In this document: positions 18,771 to 28,810 of the stretch, in pieces
Layout of the letters: every line of letters starts with the position of its first letter
Position numbering within the stretch: the stretch's first letter is position 1
Source of the DNA: Microcystaceae cyanobacterium
GTDB lineage: Bacteria > Cyanobacteriota > Cyanobacteriia > Cyanobacteriales > Microcystaceae
DNA length: 64,000 bases
Direction of reading: 5' to 3'
Assembly (NCBI GenBank): GCA_041746575.1
Contig: JBGTGT010000098.1
Location: forward strand, 32,001-96,000
Translations under genes and position numbers: made by a program
Notes under the pieces: generated by a model
Seen by the model: only the letters and a program-made list of their open reading frames with translations
Told to the model about the DNA's origin: nothing
Database searches by the model: none

Positions 18771-20237
18771 ATGTTTAATTTAAAAGACGTTTTCTTTGCT
18801 TTTACCATCGTCGCCATTCTGTTGCTGGTAGGACGTTGGCTTAAGCACAAAATAGGCTTTTTTCAACGAATTTATCTTCCTTCGTCCATCATTGCTGGCG
18901 GTATCGCCTTACTGCTTGGCCCTCAGATCTTAGGGGCGATCGCTATCTCTTTAGGTTATGATGGCACATTTATTGCCGAAAATGGACTTTTTCCTGAAGC
19001 CATGCGCACAGTTTGGCAACAGTCTCCCGGCATCTTCATCAACGTGGTGTTTGCCGCTCTTTTTCTCGGTGAGATCATTCCTAGTCCTAGAGACATCTGG
19101 CGTAAAGCCGCTCCACAAGTTGCTTTTGGGCAATCTTTGGCATGGGGACAATATGTCATCGGAATTTTACTCACTATGTTTGTCTTAACCCCTATTTTTG
19201 GCTTAAATCCGATAGCAGGGGCATTAATTGAAATTACATTTGAAGGAGGACATGGTACAGCGGCCGGCATGGGAGAAACCTTGACCGAATTGGGGTTTCC
19301 CGAAGGGGCCGATATGGCCTTAGGATTAGCCACAGTAGGCATTGTCTCTGGGATTATCGCTGGAACCATTTTAGCTAATTGGGGACGACGCAAAGGCTAT
19401 ATTGCCTATCAAGAAGCCCCTCCCTCAGGAGAAGAGGATGAACTGGGCTTCATTCATCAAGAAGATGCCGATACGCGGCGAATTAGAGCCAGATTAATGC
19501 GAAATCTTCTAATCGATCCTTTATCCCTGAATTTTGGTTTTGTGGCTTTAGCCGTTGGCATAGGGTGGCTGATTTTAGAAGTGCTAAAGCGCATTGAATT
19601 TCTCACTTGGGGACAAACCGGATTTAAACTGATTGATTATGTCCCCCTCTTCCCTATGGCTTTGATCGGGGGAATTATCGTGCAACTCCTCGCCAAGCGT
19701 TTGCGGATTAGTCCTTTAATTATGCGTCCCCTCCAAAATCATATTGCGGGATTAGCCCTAGATATTGTAATCGTCACGGCTTTAGCCTCCATTTCCTTGT
19801 CTATCCTCGGCAAGAATCTTGTTCCCTTCCTCCTGATTTCTCTTACAGGAATTATTTGGAACGTAGGCGCGTTCCTCCTGTTAGCCCCTCGTTTATTGCC
19901 TTCCTATTGGTTTGAACGAGGCATCGGTGATATGGGACAATCAATGGGGGTCACGGCTACAGGAATTTTATTAATTCGGATGGTTGATCCGGATAATCAA
20001 ACGGGCGCATTTGAAAGCTTTGCTTATAAACAACTCTTTTTTGAGCCAATTGTGGGGGGAGGGCTATTTACCGCCGCCGCTCCTGCTTTGATAAAGGAAT
20101 TTGGCGCAACGTCTATCTTAATCCTAACGGCAGGATTATTAATTTTTTGGTTAGTCTTTGGTTTCTATCTCTTTCGTAAGATGGCACCCTCCTCTCGCTC
20201 TCTGGGAGAGTCTGCTCCAGAATATATCAGAAAATAG
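18771..20237 (+). CDS. Sodium/glutamate symporter family protein
   Basis: Polytopic membrane protein with FEGGHGTAAG and GQSMGVTATG. Confidence 0.88.
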   Translation: MFNLKDVFFAFTIVAILLLVGRWLKHKIGFFQRIYLPSSIIAGGIALLLGPQILGAIAISLGYDGTFIAENGLFPEAMRTVWQQSPGIFINVVFAALFLGEIIPSPRDIWRKAAPQVAFGQSLAWGQYVIGILLTMFVLTPIFGLNPIAGALIEITFEGGHGTAAGMGETLTELGFPEGADMALGLATVGIVSGIIAGTILANWGRRKGYIAYQEAPPSGEEDELGFIHQEDADTRRIRARLMRNLLIDPLSLNFGFVALAVGIGWLILEVLKRIEFLTWGQTGFKLIDYVPLFPMALIGGIIVQLLAKRLRISPLIMRPLQNHIAGLALDIVIVTALASISLSILGKNLVPFLLISLTGIIWNVGAFLLLAPRLLPSYWFERGIGDMGQSMGVTATGILLIRMVDPDNQTGAFESFAYKQLFFEPIVGGGLFTAAAPALIKEFGATSILILTAGLLIFWLVFGFYLFRKMAPSSRSLGESAPEYIRK

Positions 20238-20343
20238 CCCTTTTTGTTGATAGTGTATAGTGTAAAGTTAATAATTAAAGAAATAACACTTTACTATTAA
20301 CGCTTTATTCGTAATTTTTTTTTGCCTTCCCAATCAATTAAAT

Positions 20344-20697
20344 TTGAAACTTTTTCACATTACCACAGAAACTCAGTGGCATTTAGCCCAAAATTTAGGA
20401 GAATATAAGCCCATATCCCTAAAAACAGCAGGATTTATTCATGCTTCTACCGCAGAACAAGTCCCTTGGGTGTTCCGTCAATTTTATCGGGATAAACCAA
20501 ATTTATGCTTACTTTTCCTTGATTCTGAACGAATTAAAGCAGAAATTCGTTGGGAAGCTCCAATTCATCCTCAAACCCCTGCCGATGTTACCCGGTCACC
20601 TCAGACGCCCTTTCCCCATATCTATGGCGCACTCAATCTGGACGCCGTAATTAAGGTGATATCCTTAAACAGTAATCTGTTACCCGTTTTACAGTAA
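20344..20697 (+). CDS. DUF952 protein
   Basis: GFIHAST...FPHIYGALN. Confidence 0.85.
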   Translation: MKLFHITTETQWHLAQNLGEYKPISLKTAGFIHASTAEQVPWVFRQFYRDKPNLCLLFLDSERIKAEIRWEAPIHPQTPADVTRSPQTPFPHIYGALNLDAVIKVISLNSNLLPVLQ

Positions 20698-20708
20698 TTC
20701 GTCTAACC

Positions 20709-22073
20709 ATGACTCGCGCTCAACCCCCCCTAGAATTTATTCCTCCTGACTTCAATTCCCTTGTTTTTCAGACAACAAAAGCCGTTTTACCCCTATGGTT
20801 GCAGTGGCAAACAAATATCGTCACTATTGAAGCCGAAAATGTCAAAACCCTTGCTCAGTTGTATCAAAACTTTCAAATCGGAAAAAACCGCTTCTTATTG
20901 GCTTTTCGTCACCCCAATGTGAATGATCCCTATTGTATGGCGTATCTCCTTTGGAAAATTTTGCCTAAAGTCGCCAAAAAAGAAAAAATTTACCTTAATA
21001 AGCCACTTCATGCCCATTTTATCTACGATAGGGGTATTCCCCTTTGGGCTGGCTCAACCGTGGGTTGGCTTTATGCCAAATTAGGCGGAACACCGATTCA
21101 ACGAGGAAAAAGCGACTTAATTGGCTTAAAATCAGCCCGGCGTTTATTTAGCAATGGACATCTACCCATGGCCGCCGCTCCCGAAGGTGCAACCAACGGT
21201 CATAATGAAATTGTCAGTCCTCTTGAACCCGGTATTTCTCAATTGAGTTTTTGGTGTGTAGATGATTTAAAGAAAGCAAAACGAGATGAAACAGTTTATA
21301 TTTTACCGATTGGTATTCAATACTTTTATCTGACACCTCCTTGGACAGAAATTCAGCAACTTTTAAGCCACCTAGAACAAGAAACGGGGATCGAGCTTGA
21401 CGCCCCTGCTCAATCATTGGATACTGAGCGATTATATGACCGTTTATTGCGCTTAGGAGAACGATTGCTGTGCTTAATGGAAGACTTTTATCGAGACTTT
21501 TATCAGCAAAATTTAGAGATAATCGAGATAGAAAAGGGCAAAGAACAGCAATCAATGGGTATTCGCCTACAAAACCTCTTAGACGCGGCTTTGAGGGTTG
21601 CTGAACAGTATTTTCATCTATCTTCTCACGGTAATTATATAGACCGTTGTCGCCGTTTAGAACAAGCCGGATGGGACGATATTTATCGAGATGAGTTAAA
21701 AAAATCCAGCCAGTCGTTATCCGTCGTTGAAAGAGGACTCGCCGATAGAATTGCAGAGGAAGCCAGCCTGAAAATGTGGCACATGAGAATTGTTGAATCT
21801 TTTGTCGCCGTTACGGGTCATTATGTCAAAGAAAAACCCAGTGTGGAACGATTTGCCGAAACCATTTTATTATTGTGGGACTTAATCAAGCGAATTGAGG
21901 GAGAATCATCCTTCATACGCCCCAATTTAGGCAAACAACAGGTTAAAATGACGGTAGGGAAACCCATTGATATTTCTGAGCGTTGGGCAGATTATAAAAG
22001 CGATCGCCGCTTAGCCGTTGCCACCTTGACCAAAGATTTACAATTAATCTTAGAAGGACTAATCATCACTTAA
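20709..22073 (+). CDS. Cyanobacterial glycerol/phospholipid acyltransferase family protein
   Basis: FRHP...DP and APEG motifs. Confidence 0.8.
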   Translation: MTRAQPPLEFIPPDFNSLVFQTTKAVLPLWLQWQTNIVTIEAENVKTLAQLYQNFQIGKNRFLLAFRHPNVNDPYCMAYLLWKILPKVAKKEKIYLNKPLHAHFIYDRGIPLWAGSTVGWLYAKLGGTPIQRGKSDLIGLKSARRLFSNGHLPMAAAPEGATNGHNEIVSPLEPGISQLSFWCVDDLKKAKRDETVYILPIGIQYFYLTPPWTEIQQLLSHLEQETGIELDAPAQSLDTERLYDRLLRLGERLLCLMEDFYRDFYQQNLEIIEIEKGKEQQSMGIRLQNLLDAALRVAEQYFHLSSHGNYIDRCRRLEQAGWDDIYRDELKKSSQSLSVVERGLADRIAEEASLKMWHMRIVESFVAVTGHYVKEKPSVERFAETILLLWDLIKRIEGESSFIRPNLGKQQVKMTVGKPIDISERWADYKSDRRLAVATLTKDLQLILEGLIIT

Positions 22074-22303
22074 ATCAAAGATTTTTCCAGCGAAAACCCT
22101 AACGGTGATCAGAATCACTTGACTTGAGTGATACTTTACTACTGACATGAGGTTAAAGGTGAGCCATAATAGGAATATAAAGATTACCAATGTTAATTTT
22201 TTTGGTATCTTATTTTCCCTGTTTTATTAGAATTTTTAAGAAAAATTTAATGTTCTTCTAAATTAAGAGAAGTAGGAAGAACTCACCTTAAGAGGAGATA
22301 ATT

Positions 22304-23215
22304 ATGCTGAGTAGTAATGCACTTGATATTCAAAAACAATATGATGACGGAAAAAGAGACTTTCAAAAACTACAACTACGTCGGATGGATTTGCGGAGCT
22401 TAAATCTGAAAGATGCTAATTTGAGAGGCACTGATTTGAGTTATACCAATTTGAGGAATAGCAATTTAACAGGGGCTGATTTAAGGGATGTTTATCTGAA
22501 TGAAGCCGATTTAACGGGGGCAAATCTCAGTCAAGCGAACCTAAGTCAAGCCTCTTTAATAAAGACCTATTTAATTAAAGCCAACTTAACAGAAGCAAAT
22601 TTAAAAAAGGCTTATTTAACGGGGGCTTATCTGACTAAAGCGAACTTACGAGGGGCATTGTTGCAAGGCAGTTACTTTAATAATGCCCAACTCAGTGGAG
22701 CCACTTTAACCGATGCTTATTATGATAAAACGACGTGTTTTGATCCTACGATTGATCCTGCGAAATTAGGACTTAAAGATAGTGATAAAATCTTGCCTTT
22801 TCTTGATTCTGTCTATTTGACTTCAAAAACAAGCCAAAGCGATGTTGAATTTGATATTGATGTTTCGTCTGTGAGTATCGAAGCCTTAGTGAAAATGTTT
22901 AATCATCTGACCGAAACCAGTAATCATTATTTAGGCAGTATGATGACGATTCGCTACTGGAAATCGGCAGGTTCAGAAGTGGAATGGTATCAAGAATTTG
23001 CCATTAATTCCTCTGCTAAAGTCACCTACATGGGTTCTCAGCAAACTCCCTTAACCCCCCTCCAATTGGAAGCATATAGAGAGTGGATTATTGCGTTTGT
23101 CAAATCCTGTTCTTTGATTATTCAAAATTATACTACCCTGCTAAAACCCGAATTTTTAGCTTTTCCAATTGGCCCATCTACAACAGGAAAAAAAACCTTA
23201 ATCTTTCTTCAATAA
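22304..23215 (+). CDS. Pentapeptide repeat protein with an unknown C-terminal domain
   Basis: A(D/N)LXX repeats over about aa 20-140. Confidence 0.9.
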   Translation: MLSSNALDIQKQYDDGKRDFQKLQLRRMDLRSLNLKDANLRGTDLSYTNLRNSNLTGADLRDVYLNEADLTGANLSQANLSQASLIKTYLIKANLTEANLKKAYLTGAYLTKANLRGALLQGSYFNNAQLSGATLTDAYYDKTTCFDPTIDPAKLGLKDSDKILPFLDSVYLTSKTSQSDVEFDIDVSSVSIEALVKMFNHLTETSNHYLGSMMTIRYWKSAGSEVEWYQEFAINSSAKVTYMGSQQTPLTPLQLEAYREWIIAFVKSCSLIIQNYTTLLKPEFLAFPIGPSTTGKKTLIFLQ

Positions 23216-23545
23216 ATTCGCATCTTTCCGCTTCAACAACAGTGAGGAAAATACTGGTTGTTCAAGCCTGAAGGACTGAACTGTGGCTAAAGGCTGAATG
23301 AAAAATTGCCTTTTTCTGCTAAGATAGGTTTCGAGAAATCTACACTTGATACTCAAACAAAATTAAGGTCAAATGCTCGGAAGGATATCTTGCCTCCCTT
23401 TGGAAATTTGCCAGTAAGAGGAATTACATTACGAAAGTGACTCTCTCTATTGCCGTAACCTTATCTATCAGTAATAATAGATATTGTATATAAAACAACG
23501 CTCAAAGATCTATACTTAGCCTGTCTGTTTATGAGACGTGACGTT

Positions 23546-23773
23546 ATGCAATCGGAAACCATTAAAGCGATTTATCGAAATGGGATATTTATTCCTCAAG
23601 TCCCTTGTACCTACATCAATAACAGTGAAATCGAATTAATTATTCAACCTTCTCCTGCCCAAAAGATTGAAATTATTGACCCAGAAACGAGACAAGAAAT
23701 TCTTCACAGTCTATTGCGACGGATGAGACAAACGTCTTTAAATGTTTATGTAAGGCGTTTACCTAATCCCTAA
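23546..23773 (+). CDS. AF2212/DUF104-like antitoxin family protein (orphan)
   Basis: TIKAIYRNGIFIP...EIELII. Confidence 0.65.
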   Translation: MQSETIKAIYRNGIFIPQVPCTYINNSEIELIIQPSPAQKIEIIDPETRQEILHSLLRRMRQTSLNVYVRRLPNP

Positions 23774-23845
23774 AAGTCCCGCAAAAATTGATGCTGAAAA
23801 CAGCATTTCCGAAGAGGTCAATCCTTCGCCGAAGAGAAAAATCAA

Positions 23846-24058
23846 CTAATATCGATCCATGAGCGTCAACAGATCGCTGTAAACCCATGGTTGAATCTCT
23901 TGATCGGTTGTTGTCAGTTGAACCCGTTGTAACGAGACTGAAAATCCTAGCAATATAACCGTTATCAGGACTCCCCCCAATGAAATGTTTTGATTTTCTG
24001 GATTAGGCGATTGAGGTAAAAGCATTGAAGTGTTCACTTTCATCATTTTAATCTCCAT
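23846..24058 (-). CDS. Small hypothetical membrane protein
   Basis: 70 aa with one hydrophobic stretch. Confidence 0.4.
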   Translation of the reverse strand: MEIKMMKVNTSMLLPQSPNPENQNISLGGVLITVILLGFSVSLQRVQLTTTDQEIQPWVYSDLLTLMDRY

Positions 24059-24656
24059 TTCCTAGACAATGAACCCATCTTTAGGCTTTTAAAAAGATTT
24101 TCGGTGTTTTTTAGTCTAGTAGGTTTCATCGTACAGGGCATTTTAATTAAGTTAAGACAGATCAGAAGGAGCAAAGTGGTTCATAGCCAAGGTTGTCACT
24201 CTTTGTTCTGTCTTTTTCAGGTTCATCACTGCGTTGAGCTATGTAGAGACTCAGCGACGGTTAGCCCCATTCCGTAAATCGTGAATAATTTTGCGGTGAG
24301 TCAGTCTGCACCCGTGAGAAAGGTCAGTTTAGAGATCTGAAAACCAATCATGGCGAGGGTTGTGAGAGTTTATTTTTACGTCTTTCATTTGGCGTTCGGC
24401 GGTCGCATCGGTCAGTGTTGAAACTAAATCCTTCGCTTTAACGTCCCTTGCAGATGAACGGGCAAAGATTCCACCGATACCCAATTTAACGGGATAAAGG
24501 TGTGTAACCGGTCTTTTCTATTGCCCATCCTCGATGCCCTGTCCTTATTTAAAGCGGATTTAGTCTGACAAGACTTAAAGATTGAGGGGGATTTTCTGTT
24601 AAGCTATCCTGTACTGGGCAACCTAGCCCCACTGTTCGAGATTAGGAGCAATAACT

Positions 24657-26531
24657 GTGAGGTTCCACTGGCTACTATTGACACTCTTGAGCGCATTGCT
24701 ATGGGCAAACCCTGCCCAAGCAGGAAAGCTTTTGTTCTGGCGATTTGAATCCAATCAAAATCGGTTAGTGTTTAGCACCGATGAACGAGTTCAACCCAGA
24801 GCGCAACTGATTCCTAATCCGACGCGCATCGTCATTGATTTGCCCGGTGTAGTTTTAGGTCGCCCCAGTGTAGATCAATCGGTCAGTGGAACGGTTCGCA
24901 GTGTGCGGGTAGGGCAATTTAACCCCAATACTACCCGTTTAGTGATTGAGTTAGCCCCTAACTATACCGTCAACCCTCAAGAGGTTAAGGTAAGGGGAAT
25001 TTCGCCAACCCAGTGGACGGTAACGTTACCCTCCCCGCAACGAGTTGCCCCCTCGAATAATAATAGCCTTCCCCCTCCTATTGCGCCCCCTCCCGATACT
25101 CCCAATCAGTCCAATCGTGCTTTGCCCCCCGCCAATCAGGGCAATCGTGATGATACCAGTGATGTGCGAGTTACTCGCAATGGCATCTTTGTGCGATTAG
25201 ACCAGACAGGAGATAGGCAAAAACTGAGGGTAAAACGCAGTAAAAATCAGCGAACCGTAGAAATTACCCTTCCCGGTGCGCAATTTCCCAGCCGTTTAGC
25301 CTCAAAAACCTTGGCTATCAACGAATACGGCATTGAAGAAATACAATTCGAGCAAACGGAGACCTCTGCCTCTTCTGCACGCTTGACGTTAACGGTAGAT
25401 CGTCAAAGTCCCGATTGGCAAGCGGTGTATAGCCGAACTGACGGGATAGTGTTGCTTCCGAAAGGGGGATTTAGCAATTTAGAACGGCAGGGATTATCCC
25501 AACCTCGTTCTTTAAACGTTGCTGATGGGGGTGAAAATCAACCGGCGACGATTCGGGCAGTTTCTCTAAGTAATGATAACCGTCAATTAGTGATCCAAGC
25601 GGATCGATCCATTCAGGGTAGTGGGCAATGGGATGCGCGTTCGGGCGTTTACGAAATTCGTATTGACAAAGCTCAACTGGCAGAATCGGTGCAAGGGCCT
25701 CAACTGGGTCGTAATAGTCCGATTTACCAACTGCGGGTACGCCAAGAGGCGGGAAATACGGTCACAATTCTGGTACAACCGTCTTTAGGCGTGCAATTTG
25801 GTTCAGTCAATCAACTCAGCACCCAGCAACTTGCCCTTGAGATTCAATCCCTCCGTGCGTTACCTCCTTCGGCGAGTCGACAAGGTTCGGTCAATGCCGC
25901 TCCTCGTCCGATTGCTGTTCCTCCGGCACCTTATCCTGAGAATAACCCTCGAACGACGGTAAATGCTAACCCACCTCCTGCTAGACAAGTGGGGCGACGC
26001 TTGGTCATTATTGATCCTGGCCATGGGGGCAAAGATCCCGGCGCGATCGGACTTCAAGGCTTACGGGAAAAAGATGTCATTTTGCCCATTGCTCAAGAGG
26101 TTGCTAATATCCTTGAAAAACAGGGCATTCAGATTATTATGACCCGCAACAGCGACTATTTCGTAAGTTTGCAGGGTCGAACTGATATGGCCAATCGGGC
26201 AGGAGCCGATATTTTTGTCAGCATTCATGCTAATTCTATGGGAAAAGACCGTCCCGATGTAAGTGGCATGGAGGTGTATTATTACGGCGATCGCCGTTTA
26301 TCGGATACCATTCATCGTAGTATTCGTCGTAGCGTCAGCCTCAAAGATCGAGGCGTAAGGCAAGCGCGCTTTTATGTGTTGCGTTACTCTCGTATGCCAG
26401 CAACCTTAGTTGAAGTAGGCTTTGTGACCGGCTACGAGGATTCGGTGAAACTGAGTAACGCCAGTTTTCGCTCTCAAATGGCGCAAGCTATTGCCCGTGG
26501 AATTTTAGAATATCTCCAACAAAATCGTTGA
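24657..26531 (+). CDS. amiC: N-acetylmuramoyl-L-alanine amidase with AMIN domains
   Basis: Signal peptide, AMIN (PTRIVIDLPG), IDPGHGGKDPGA, FVSIHAN, LVEVGF. Confidence 0.92.
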   Translation: MRFHWLLLTLLSALLWANPAQAGKLLFWRFESNQNRLVFSTDERVQPRAQLIPNPTRIVIDLPGVVLGRPSVDQSVSGTVRSVRVGQFNPNTTRLVIELAPNYTVNPQEVKVRGISPTQWTVTLPSPQRVAPSNNNSLPPPIAPPPDTPNQSNRALPPANQGNRDDTSDVRVTRNGIFVRLDQTGDRQKLRVKRSKNQRTVEITLPGAQFPSRLASKTLAINEYGIEEIQFEQTETSASSARLTLTVDRQSPDWQAVYSRTDGIVLLPKGGFSNLERQGLSQPRSLNVADGGENQPATIRAVSLSNDNRQLVIQADRSIQGSGQWDARSGVYEIRIDKAQLAESVQGPQLGRNSPIYQLRVRQEAGNTVTILVQPSLGVQFGSVNQLSTQQLALEIQSLRALPPSASRQGSVNAAPRPIAVPPAPYPENNPRTTVNANPPPARQVGRRLVIIDPGHGGKDPGAIGLQGLREKDVILPIAQEVANILEKQGIQIIMTRNSDYFVSLQGRTDMANRAGADIFVSIHANSMGKDRPDVSGMEVYYYGDRRLSDTIHRSIRRSVSLKDRGVRQARFYVLRYSRMPATLVEVGFVTGYEDSVKLSNASFRSQMAQAIARGILEYLQQNR

Positions 26532-26558
26532 TGGATTTCTTTACTTTCACCATTATTC

Positions 26559-27440
26559 GTGTTTAAATGTTCAAAACGACAGCATATATCGTCTGATTCG
26601 ATGAGAGAGTCTTTAATTAGCCGTATAGGCGTTTTTGATAGTGGTGTGGGTGGGTTAAGTGTTTTACGGGAACTGTATCGTCAGCTCCCCAATGAATCCA
26701 TTCTGTACTTTGCCGACACAGCCCGACTTCCCTACGGTGGGCGATCGCCAGAAGAAATCCTTTCATTCGTCCGTGCTATTCTCCGCTGGATGGAACAAGA
26801 AGGGGTCAAAATGGTGGTCATGGCCTGTAATACCAGTTCTGCCCTTGCCCTCGAACGGGTACAGAAAGAGTTTTCCTTCCCTATTTTAGGGGTGATTCTA
26901 CCGGGTGCTAAAGCAGCAGTTCAACAGGGCAAACGGATTGGTGTGATTGCTACCCAAGCGACGGTCAACAGCCGAGCCTATTCGCAAGCGATCGCCGAAA
27001 TTGACCCCACTCTTTCGGTTTGGGAGGTGGCTTGTCCCGAATTTGTGCCGCTGATTGAAAGTAATCGTATCAATGATCCCTATACTAAAGCCGTTGCTAA
27101 AAAGTATTTACATTCGCTTTTAGAAGCTAATATTGATACCTTGATCTATGGTTGTACCCATTATCGTCATTTAGCCCCAATTATTCGCAATTTAGTGCCT
27201 AATTCAGTTAAATTAATTGATCCGGCACGGTCGGTGGTTAAAGCGATGGACAAGGAGTTACACCTGATGGGGTTGAGTGGGACCTATCCCCCCCTACCGA
27301 CACGCTTTGCGGTGAGTGGTTGCCCCGAACAATTTGCCCAACTCTCTCGCCAATGGTTAGGCCATCTTCCTACGGCGGAAAAGGTGTTTTTGCCCCTTGA
27401 AACCGGTGCGCCCGTTTCTTTAGAAATAGCTGCTGATTAA
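26559..27440 (+). CDS. murI: Glutamate racemase
   Basis: FDSGVGGLSV, ACNTSS, GCTHY; start may be the ATG near 26601. Confidence 0.95.
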   Translation: MFKCSKRQHISSDSMRESLISRIGVFDSGVGGLSVLRELYRQLPNESILYFADTARLPYGGRSPEEILSFVRAILRWMEQEGVKMVVMACNTSSALALERVQKEFSFPILGVILPGAKAAVQQGKRIGVIATQATVNSRAYSQAIAEIDPTLSVWEVACPEFVPLIESNRINDPYTKAVAKKYLHSLLEANIDTLIYGCTHYRHLAPIIRNLVPNSVKLIDPARSVVKAMDKELHLMGLSGTYPPLPTRFAVSGCPEQFAQLSRQWLGHLPTAEKVFLPLETGAPVSLEIAAD

Positions 27441-27490
27441 CGAATTTTATTAGCTCGCAATTTGCTGGGAATTTCTTCGTTTACGTTTAG

Positions 27491-27514
27491 CCCCCTCGCC
27501 TTTGGGAGAGGGGG
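27491..27514. terminator. GC-rich hairpin between convergent genes
   Basis: CCCCCTCGCC-tttg-GGAGAGGGGG. Confidence 0.55.
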
Positions 27515-27563
27515 AAACCAAATTCAATATCGTTCAATTAAACAAAAAAGACGTTCATTAGAC

Positions 27564-28592
27564 TTACATTTGGCTCTGGAATTTTTGTTTGCTTTCTTTA
27601 AACTGTTGAGCCATTTGCTGACGCTGACTATCCGATAAGTTTTTACGCATTGACGCAAACATAGTACTTTCCTCTTGGCGGGTGTGATCCCCTACCATAG
27701 ATTTAATCTGCTTGAGTTTTGCCATAAACGCATCGCCAGTCGAATCCATATTTTTCATTTCTTTGAGTAGGCTTTCTAGTTCTGCCTGCTCGTCATAGAG
27801 TTCTTGGGTGTTTTCCTCTCCGTAGAAAGATTGTACGGCTGGATAGACCACTTCTTCTTCAGCTTTGGAGTGAACAACAAGGTCTTTATAAAGCTGACCA
27901 AATAAGGATTGAATGGCTTCCGTGTCTTTAGCTCCTTTAATCTCGCTTATCAGGGTTTTAGCCTTCTGGTGATCCATAAAGATCAAGTCCATAATATCCA
28001 TCCCCCCGTTGTCGGAGGATTGAGACACGGCACTACCGATTACACCCGTTGCCGCCGCTACTGCGTCTTTTACCCGACCCCATAATCCTTGATCGGGCGT
28101 TTCGCCGGTCAGTTCCTGAGTGCCTAGATATTCTAGCATTCCTTTCAGTTGCTCTTGGTGCGCTCGATTTTCAAAGTTAACGGTATTGAGGGGAGACAAT
28201 GCTTCTTGAACGTCTAGTCCCACCACTTGAGCCGCTTTGTGAATGACTAAGCCAGAGACAACTTGACCGTGTTTTAAAAGTTCGTGTTGCGCCATTTTTT
28301 CATAGAGCGACAGCTCAGAACTCGTAGCCATACTTTTTGCTTTTTCTACCATTTGTTGAACCGTTTTTTTCGGTTCAGATTGAATTCCGTATTGAGTAAT
28401 GGCAGTTTCAACAATTTCCAAGTTTTTGCGATCATCTTCCAGCATATCCTCTAGGCGATTGCTGAGTTCGGAATCACTACATTGCTCTAGAAATTGTTGC
28501 TCATTTTCAATAATGAGGCTCTGAATCGCTTTGATAGTGGCGAGTTTTTCGGCGATCGCTGTTCGTTTTTGGTCGTTTAAGGTTGCAGGCAT
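27564..28592 (-). CDS. Ferritin-like plus hemerythrin (HHE) domain protein
   Basis: DH...HSKAEEEVVYP...HTRQEESTMF. Confidence 0.85.
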   Translation of the reverse strand: MPATLNDQKRTAIAEKLATIKAIQSLIIENEQQFLEQCSDSELSNRLEDMLEDDRKNLEIVETAITQYGIQSEPKKTVQQMVEKAKSMATSSELSLYEKMAQHELLKHGQVVSGLVIHKAAQVVGLDVQEALSPLNTVNFENRAHQEQLKGMLEYLGTQELTGETPDQGLWGRVKDAVAAATGVIGSAVSQSSDNGGMDIMDLIFMDHQKAKTLISEIKGAKDTEAIQSLFGQLYKDLVVHSKAEEEVVYPAVQSFYGEENTQELYDEQAELESLLKEMKNMDSTGDAFMAKLKQIKSMVGDHTRQEESTMFASMRKNLSDSQRQQMAQQFKESKQKFQSQM

Positions 28593-28810
28593 TCTTAAGT
28601 ATCTCTCTGAATAAGGATCATGATCTATATTGTAAAATGCTCATCAATCAGGGAGATCCATCTGTCGGTTTAAGCCTGTCTCTATCGGTTGGTTGAACTT
28701 ATCATGGCGAAATTTTTGACTGACTTCAAAAAATGGGAATCGTGGGGCGGTATTTCCCTAACTTTTGCCCATTGCATCTCATTAAAATTCAAAGATTTAA
28801 TTAAAAAGAA

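Noticed and set aside
24060..24656. Long amiC upstream region as an ncRNA or riboswitch
   Set aside because: I could not recognise a motif or convincing structure by eye; a covariance-model search would be needed.
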